Below, piece after piece: positions 48,977-56,573 of a DNA stretch of 56,573 bases; the first letter of the stretch is position 1; each line of letters begins with the position of its first letter. Source of the stretch: Chromera velia. Taxonomy: Eukaryota. The translations under genes were made by a program, and so were the position numbers. The stretch is taken from assembly GCA_018398765.1 (NCBI GenBank), contig JAHBMJ010000181.1, positions 1 through 56,573 of the forward strand, written 5' to 3'. The notes beneath the pieces are model-generated. The model was not told where the DNA came from and ran no database searches. It worked only from the letters and a program-made list of their open reading frames with translations.

Positions 48977-51160
48977 TTGCATGATACCGTCTCTTCTTTA
49001 CAATTCTGCCCCCGCCTCCGCACCCATCAGAAAAGAAAAGGGCAGAATAAGCTTGAATGGAAAGGGACTGGACAAAAGCAATTGAAAGAGGAGTACATAA
49101 GCAGACTAATGAGAACCAAAGATGAAGGCAGAAGAAAAAAGATTGTCGAAAGCTTCGTGCGGGAAAGATGGCTGCGACTGCCTGTGGCCACTGCAGAAGC
49201 TAACGTAATCTCTCCGACTTGGCATGCAATAGGTCTCAAGCCTTCAGACCTCTCCTCCACAGAAAAAGCCCTTCTTGCCCTAGGTGCGAAATTCATCGCC
49301 GAAGCACCTGTCAGCACGCGTCAGCTTCTGTCTGGTCTAGTTGATGGGGTAAATGAACTTGCACGCACGGCAGAGTAGGCCCATTTTTTCGAAGCGAGTG
49401 GGAACGGAGGGAACGCAATGCCTCGTCTTTTCTCTACATCAGGGAGATGGCTAAATAAATCAAAAGTAATTCGTACCCCACCTTCTCTCTCTCGTTTCTC
49501 TGTTGCACCTATTTTATCTGCCCTGCACCACTCTGGTGCTTCTCTTTTTCCTCGATGCCGACCTAACCTCCCTTCTGATGCGTTTGACGCGATCGAATCT
49601 TTAGGGAAAAGGGTCAAAATAGTCATGATGGACAAAGGAATGGGGGTGGGCAGCGTGGGTCCGACGTGGTATGATGGAGAAGTCTTTAGACAGCTCGACG
49701 ATCTGTCTGCGTATGAGCATCTGGAGGGGTCCCCTCTGGAAGAAGAGAAGAGAATGATCCGAAAGCTTGTCGGTGTCCTTGATTATCTCGACTCTGATAT
49801 CGCAAAATACGTGAGAAGAGAATCGCTGACAAGGATTGAGAAAGCAATGCTCCCTGAATTCTTTCTCGTTATTAAGATTCATAAAAATCCTATCGTCGGA
49901 CAACCCATCGTGCCTCTGTGCGTGTCCCTTTTTGCACCAATACATCGAATTATGGCTCTCTCCCTCCAACCTTTCGCCGTGAATCGACCCCAACACCTGA
50001 TTTCCTCCGCAGAAGTTGTTCAAAGGTTTGAAGGGAAACGAATCCCTGCTTCTTCTTTTGTGTGGACTGCTGACATCTCTTCCCTCTACACGTCTCTCCT
50101 TCAGTCCGAAATCATTCATGAAGTGGTCTCTTTGCTGAAGCAACATCCATCCTACTTCTGCAATGGTATGACACCAACTCCCCAATTCCAACTCCCCCCC
50201 TACTTCCCTGAGCAAGAGAAGACTTGCAAAACCCTTCAAATCTGGTACACCATACTAAAGAGCATGTTGCAAGTTAAGTTTCAATACACAGACAGAGACG
50301 GCAATGTTTCCTTTTAGAGACAGAAAGGCGGAGTACCAATGGGGTCTGCAGCTGGGGGGACAATCGCAGACATTGTGCTTGCATACAAATATGAGAAATT
50401 TCTTTCTGACCACCGTCGTCCTCCTTCTCTGGAGGAATTTCTCCGCTACATTGATGACGTGATTGGAATCTGGAGTAGGACAAAGACTGAACTTGAAACC
50501 TTTCTTCGTTCTTTTTTTGTTTTTACCGACCCTGACACAAAATTATCGTTTGGTTTAATCAAGATTTTTAGAGCAGATGAGTTGATTTACGTGCCCATTA
50601 TTTATTTAGATGTTGAGATCTGGGGGAAATGGGATGGCGACGGGTGGATTCGTTTGTTTATGCGCCCCCACACTAAAGCATTAAGTGCTCATCAATACAT
50701 TGCATGGTCGTCCGCTCACCGCCCCTCCTCCAAACTGATTCGCAGGCTGCGTCTCTGCTCAGACGAGAGCACCTTCAGAAAGGAAAAGAAAGAAGTTGTC
50801 ATTCGTTTCTTGAAGAGGGGATACCCACTCAAGTGTGTGCTGAGGGTCTCGAACGAAGTGAAGTTTGAAATGAGAAACAGAGAGAGAAGAAAGGTGCTCT
50901 GCTCAGTCGACCGCCTCAAGCGAGAAGCAGCAGATACAATTCAGTTCAGTCAAAATCCCCTAAAAGGGTCTGTTGGGTTCGCTCATTCCCAATCTCTTTT
51001 CTTTAAAGTTAGCGGAAATCGACAAGTTGATCCGGTAGCAAAAGTAATCAGAAAGAAATTGGGAGCGAAAACTTCGTTTCGTATCCTTATTGCAAGAAAA
51101 AACCCTCCAAACATCTTTTTTCTGTTCAAGAAAGCATGGAAAAACCATTTTCATGCCTGA
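48977..51160 (+). pseudogene. PLE-type reverse transcriptase of PLE-2
   Basis: LLALGAKF, MMDKGMG, IKIHKNP, TADISSLYTSL, GVPMGS, RYIDDV, YLDVEI, SSAHRP and RGYP in one frame. In-frame TAG at 49376 and 50315. Confidence 0.92.
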
Positions 51161-51748
51161 ACTTGTTTGAATCCATTCCTCAACATAGCCAGTGGTCACT
51201 TGAATCCGACCTAATCTGACCAAATTTTAAGAGAAACTTTCAACTAAGTCGCCGTCTCATTGCAAGTCTTCTTGGTTGTTAAGTCCTTTGCCCTCAGGAG
51301 ATTTTTTTAATTCTTCCTGCAGGAAGAATTAAAAGATCTTTTGATAGTATCATCCCCTGGGTGGCCTAAAGAAATTTCCTATTTTTTATTTCCTATTTTT
51401 TATTTTTTAATTTTTTTCTATTTTCTATTTTTTATTTTTTATTCTTTTCAGAGCCAGACTCTTCATTCTATTATATTTTATTTTATCTTTATCATTTTTT
51501 CTTTAACCTTTTTTTTGAAAAAACTGTTTGCAGATAATATGCAAAATTGAAAATTTTTTGAAAAAACTGTTTGCAGATAATATGTAAAATTAAAAAATTT
51601 GAAAAACGGCTCCGCGTCTCAACAGACGCCTGTAGTTTGGATACACTCTTTTCTTCTTTGTCTATGTCAAAGGTGACATAAACAAGAAAAGGAGTGAAGA
51701 TTGTTGTAGGACATTGGTTTCACTATTTAGGACCTCTGTTACGAGAAA

Positions 51749-51816
51749 AGGAACTGAATTCCTCCTGACGAGAAGCGCTGGCTTCGAAACGCGTTGAGTT
51801 TCTATTCAGTTTTCCT
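51749..51816 (+). ncRNA. Minimal type I hammerhead ribozyme (3' pLTR)
   Basis: Identical to the 5' copy except at the free core position N7 (CUGACGA). Confidence 0.9.
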
Positions 51817-53027
51817 GGTCTCACAATCGCTGAAGAAAGAGACCACTGAAAAAATTATCTATAAATTCAATAATAATATATAATTATCTAGATAATTTTT
51901 TTTTTCTCTGTGACTTCAATGCTAACAGCTAGGCTCACAGACTGCTCTTTGCAATTGGGACACGATAGCTGGGGAGTTAAGTCACCTTATCATATCTCAT
52001 AATTCTCATCATCATCATCATCTAACCTCTTTACTTGAAAGTGATAAGACTTGGTGGTAGCACCTGTAACTAGACTTGTAATTTTGAAGTAATCAGTGAT
52101 TAAGTACATTGGTATGGTGACTCTCACTGCAAGCCTGGGGAAAAAGTAGAGGAAAAATCCCTTTAAATTTGATAAATAACTCGAATCATGCATTTTAACA
52201 TGCAACCGGTATCTTAGTCTGTCTAAATCAAAGGTTTCCTTAACTTTTATACCGCTCTGTAGGACCTATACTGTCCTAGTGCTACTACACAACCGCCCCT
52301 CTTTCTACCTGATTCTTTATGAAATCTCTCCTTGTGCATGTCTTTCCATCGAGACTTCAAATGCCTTCTGAGCAAATATTTAATGATTTATTTAATTATA
52401 CTGTTTTGCAGAGGCCTTCAAAGTGTCTGACTGCTTTTCTGCCCTTTTTATTCCCCTTTCTCCCCTTCTCTCTCCATTTTTGTTATTGGGCAACTGGAAA
52501 CGGACTTTGCACAAGTGAAAAAGAAGACCGCTACCCTTTCCAACCAAACCGAAAGAAAGGACTCTCCATCCGAACTACTCACGTGATGGAGCCAGACCCT
52601 CCAGACCGTCAAGAATCCGCACGATAATCATGCGAGGCTTCCTTAACCATCCGTCATACGAGGTTTGAGACGTACAGGCGTATTCTCTGTGGACAATCGC
52701 CGCTGCTCGGACTGCCACTTGTGCATGCAGGAATGAAAACAAGTCTACAACCTCCCCTTTCGTTCCATTCCACATGCTCATGCAAATCCATGCAAGTTCC
52801 TCAAATAGATTCGATCCCTTTGCCTACAGGTCCTCTCCTCGTACATGCATGCAACACACACAAAAAAGTCATTCATTTTCTCTGGGGAGATCAACAATGC
52901 ACGCATCCATCCATTCACAGCATGTGCACGCGAATGAAAAAGAAATCAAGGACAGCTACAGCACAGACCCCGTCGATCAGAGAGGAGCCAGTAGGTGAGT
53001 GGATCACAGAAAGGGCACAGAAGGACA

Positions 53028-55284
53028 TCATGCACAGACCCCCTCAGTCCTCCAGGAGGCACAAAGAGATACAGTTGGCCACAGAAAGAGACTGATGCAG
53101 TCAGAGAAGACATGGTTGGGGCGAATGGAAGCTCGGGAGGCAGAGTGTGCAGGCAACTGGAGCTTGGCAATGCATTCGCAAGAATATCGTCGATCCTTTT
53201 CATGAACACAGAGTGCCTTCCCTCCGCACTCCTTGCACTGAGAGCGCTGCCGGCCGTGCTCACAAATGCTAGTGCCTCCAGACTTCTTGCACTGAGAGCG
53301 AACGCGACCGTGCTCACAGATGCTCGCCCCTCCACACTCCTTGCACTTGTTCCGTTCGCGGCCGTGCTCACAGATACTGCCCCCTCCACAGTCTCTACAT
53401 CGAGTGCGGAGCCGGGCGTGCTCACAAATGCCCCCACCTTTACACTCCTTGCACTGAGAGCGAATGCGACCGTGCTGACAAATGCTCGCCCCTCCACACT
53501 CCTTGCACTGAGAGCGAATGCGACCGTGCTCACAAATGCTCGCCCCTCCGCACTCCTTGCACTGAGAGCGCTTCCGGTCATGTTCACAAATGCTTTTGCC
53601 TCCACACTCCTTGCACGTAAACCGTTCGCGGCCGTGCTGGCAGATGCTCTTCCCTCCACACTCCTTGCACTGCGAACGCCGTCGGCCGTGCTCACAGATG
53701 CTCGCCCCCCCACACTCCTTGCACTGCGAGCGAATGCGACCGTGCTCACAAATGCCACTACCTCCACACTCCTTGCACCGCGAGCGCCGTCGACCGAACT
53801 CACAAATGCCACTACCTCCACACTCCTTGCACTGATAGCGGATGCGGCCGTGCTCACAAATGCCTCGCCCTCCGCACTCTTTGCATGTGTGACGCTCTCG
53901 GCCGTGCTCACAAATACCCTTCCCTCCACACTCCTTGCACTTGCTGCGAACCCGCCCATGCAAGCAGAGAACCTGCCCATGGCGGTTCCTCTTCACCTCT
54001 TCCCCTTCTCTGCCCCCCCGACGACGATTCTCACAGACGACCTCTTTCTCTCCACCGACCGGACCCCCCCTCCCTCTCTCAGGTTTGGAACACAGAGGGG
54101 CAGAGTCCGAAGCTGTTTCAGACACACTCAACCGACGCTGCTTCTCTTCCCGCAAGCAATCCCCATCCATTCCCCCTCCCCGCGAAGCAACATCTCTTCT
54201 GTGAGAACAACAGCCAGACACCCCATCGCACACGTCAGCCTCGACCTGAGAAACTGCACTCTCAGACCGACGACGCTTCAAGGGAAGCCCCCTCGTCTGC
54301 TGCCCCTCTTCTTGTTGTCTCTGAGTGAGGGTGCAGTCATGGAAAGGCAGATGGGTGGAGGTCGAAGGGTGGAAGGGAAGGATTCTGTTGTCAGTCATGA
54401 TATCAACGACTCTCTCAGAAGTTAGAGTCAGAACAGTCCAAATTCTTCTCACTGTCCTTCTCCCGCTGATTCTGTCTCCCTGACTCTCCCCCCCCCCTGT
54501 CGCCCCCACCCATTTCCCTCTGACTGTCGGACCCTCTGACCTCAACAGCTGACTGAGAAGAACAAACAGAGACGGCTGAAGCCCCTTTCTGTTCATCAGT
54601 GCTTTTGAACATTTCTGACTCCCCCTCTCCGACCTCATCTGAAGAAGTCATGCACGCTCTCTCTGACTGAGGGACAGACACACGACTGTGCTCATTGACT
54701 GTCTCTCTCTGCGAATGCTCCGTCTGTCCGTTTGTAGGACCAGAGAGCAGTGCGAGCTGCACACTCTCAGGGACCCCCCATTCCACCGCAATCCCAACCA
54801 CCTCTGACCTCTGCTGCTGCTCCCCTCCCCCTCCTTCACCGATACTGATCGTATTGTCACCCCTCTCTCCCACCGAAGAGCAGTCAGCAGGAGGAGCCTC
54901 ACCAACGAGACGCACAATGCGGAAGTCTCCCCCTCTCAGTGGCTCAAGACACACGAAGTTGGGGGAATCCGGCAGTTGAGCTACATCGCCATCATTCGGA
55001 ATTGCAACCAGTCGAAACTTCAATTCTGACACTTTCACCCTCTCAATCTCCCCCTCTGTCTCCCCAACATCCGCTGAACCTCCAGAGGCACGCATCGTGC
55101 GCCCTGACAGATTCACCTCCACCTCACTCGATACCCACCACGGACGCCCACACGGTGCAGGTCTCATACACACCGCACCACCCAACTCCCACCCTCCCAG
55201 CTCAGGACAATCTCCCACCACAACAACGCGCGGATCCTCTCGCACCTCCGGGCAAAACGCAACAAAGGCGACTCCTCCCTTCAT
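53028..55284 (-). CDS. CBM20 (starch-binding-like) domain + CxHGRxRxxCKECGG repeat protein, frameshifted in a G run near 54490
   Basis: VVVVGDCPELGGW...PWW is CBM20-like (track ORF 54415-55383, ATG 55284). About 15 tandem 18-aa repeats lie at 53170-53970 in the overlapping frame 53028-54638. Confidence 0.75.
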
Positions 55285-56573
55285 TGTGCCGAAATGCGCA
55301 GATCGACCAACGCCTTCGCCTTCACTCCACAGACGATCGATGGATGTAGAGACACTCCGACACACCCGTCTACGCAGCTGCATAAAGGAAGAAAGGGCAG
55401 CCAGGAGAAGAAGCGCTGCAATCTTCAGTCTGAGAGTGAAATGGAACCATAGAGAGATCTGAACGAAGACTGAATGCCGCTCAGGCCAGTCAAAGAGGGG
55501 CTGAGCTTGCGTGACTGACTGACCACTCTTGCTCTGCAGAAGTGCCTCGGCCGAAGAGTTGTGCAGACCGAACGAAGTTGTCGATCGCGCCAGCTAGAGA
55601 AAGCCGGAGGACAGGAATTCACTGGCTGGAAACAGGAAGCGATCTATCTCTCTCTATATATAGAATCAAGGAGGTTGCGCCTTTGTCTCTTCCTTCAAGG
55701 CAAGATTAGATCTTCGTTGTGGAGGACCAGACTCAGAAGACAGTCGCGCTGTCAGAGACTCGAAGGCTGAGAGGCCAACCAATGGGGCACAAAAAAAAGT
55801 CTGAATGCGGGGATTGAAGAAAAAGAGAAAACTTCTTCAAATGATAGTCTCCAGGTCAGAATCCTTTGTTTTAAATTGTTTGAACTGTTCTCAGCCTTTC
55901 CAACAATGTCAGACTGTCAGTCCAATTATATATGATGCCCAAAGTCCCATGCACCTGCAGTGGCCGAAAGATGCATGCCGTGTCAGAAGAATGCGCGACA
56001 TGCAGATGCCACTATGATGCCACTGCAACAACTGTGAGTCTGTGACTATATACATATAGCTCTGACTGTTTTGAACAGTGTTTTCCATTGTTTTCCTACG
56101 TTTTCATCTGCAGACACCCGGCGTTCGAGTGGACTTTCATGGTAAAGATGTCACTGACTCTGTTACTGAGACGATATCAAAGACCGAGGCAATGAATGTG
56201 AGACATGTCCAACGGGACAGAACGCACTTTCTGATCTGTTTCTGCAGCCTTCCCACTTCGTGAGTCGAAGCTGTACACATCGGCTTCTTCGTGAGTTGAG
56301 GCTCCCTTGTGTTTTCGGTCGGCTTCGATCTATGAAAAGTCCTTTCAGTCGATCGTCGCTTCGCACAAGCAGCTCTCAGAAGAAACATTGAAGTTGCTCT
56401 CTGTATCTGCTGAGTGGCTGTGTGGCTTTGGGTCAGCTCGAAGAGTTCGATCGAATCTCTTTTGTGGCGTGTCCTTTATAGGAGTCAACTAGACAGAGTC
56501 TCGATCGATTGCTGTCAGCCAATCTATGAATAGTTGGTCGGCATCTTGAGGCTCCGTCTATCTTCATTCCATT

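Larger units (their letters stand above)
45992..51862 (+). mobile_element. PLE-2: endonuclease-deficient Penelope-like element (Athena/Coprina-like layout) with hammerhead-bearing pseudo-LTRs
   Basis: Direct repeats at about 45992-46584 and 51295-51862 enclose ORF1 and an RT ORF that ends after the thumb with no GIY-YIG. Confidence 0.9.

Noticed and set aside
46639..51160. Alternative genetic code (TAA/TAG = Gln), since the internal stops are TAR and both ORFs end in TGA
   Set aside because: CAA/CAG codons remain abundant, a TAG in the LINE (27224) aligns to Trp, and probable ATG>ATA loss points to mutation rather than recoding.
51990..52205. Possible hAT dimerisation-domain relic (FPRLAVRV..IP)
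   Set aside because: The expected S/ERxFS motif and TIRs are missing, so the evidence is too weak.
53170..53970. CRISPR-like 54-bp periodic repeats (also 19880-21105)
   Set aside because: They are in-frame coding repeats of an 18-aa motif, with no unique spacers and no cas genes.
52946..54425. Long alternative-frame and antisense ORFs over the Cys/His repeats
   Set aside because: Shadow ORFs caused by repeat periodicity.
54480..54500. Programmed frameshift between CBM20 and the repeat array
   Set aside because: It falls in a long G/C homopolymer, so a sequencing error or slippage mutation is more likely.

Overview
Eukaryotic, intron- and microsatellite-rich DNA. A signal peptide followed by FAP and intronless CxHGRxRxxCKxCGG-repeat genes (one with CBM20) suggest a complex-plastid alga such as a chromerid (inference). 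Bases 1-18 kb hold spliced host genes and MITEs. Bases 22-52 kb are a nested transposon island bounded by two Cys/His-repeat genes. It contains an A-B-A-B-A repeat, two tail-to-tail LINEs (one with a chromodomain-like segment before APE), a DNA-transposon relic split by an LTR element (ATAT TSD), and two very different Penelope-like elements (PLEs). PLE-1 (minus, 37533-44598) is Naiad/Chlamys-type, with GIY-YIG upstream of RT and an extra ORF1 joined in frame through a UGA-CUAG readthrough-type stop. PLE-2 (plus, 45992-51862) has no endonuclease and carries a minimal hammerhead ribozyme in each pseudo-LTR. The young repeat pairs differ mostly by transitions, often CpA>TpA, which resembles RIP. 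Exon boundaries were read by eye and are approximate.
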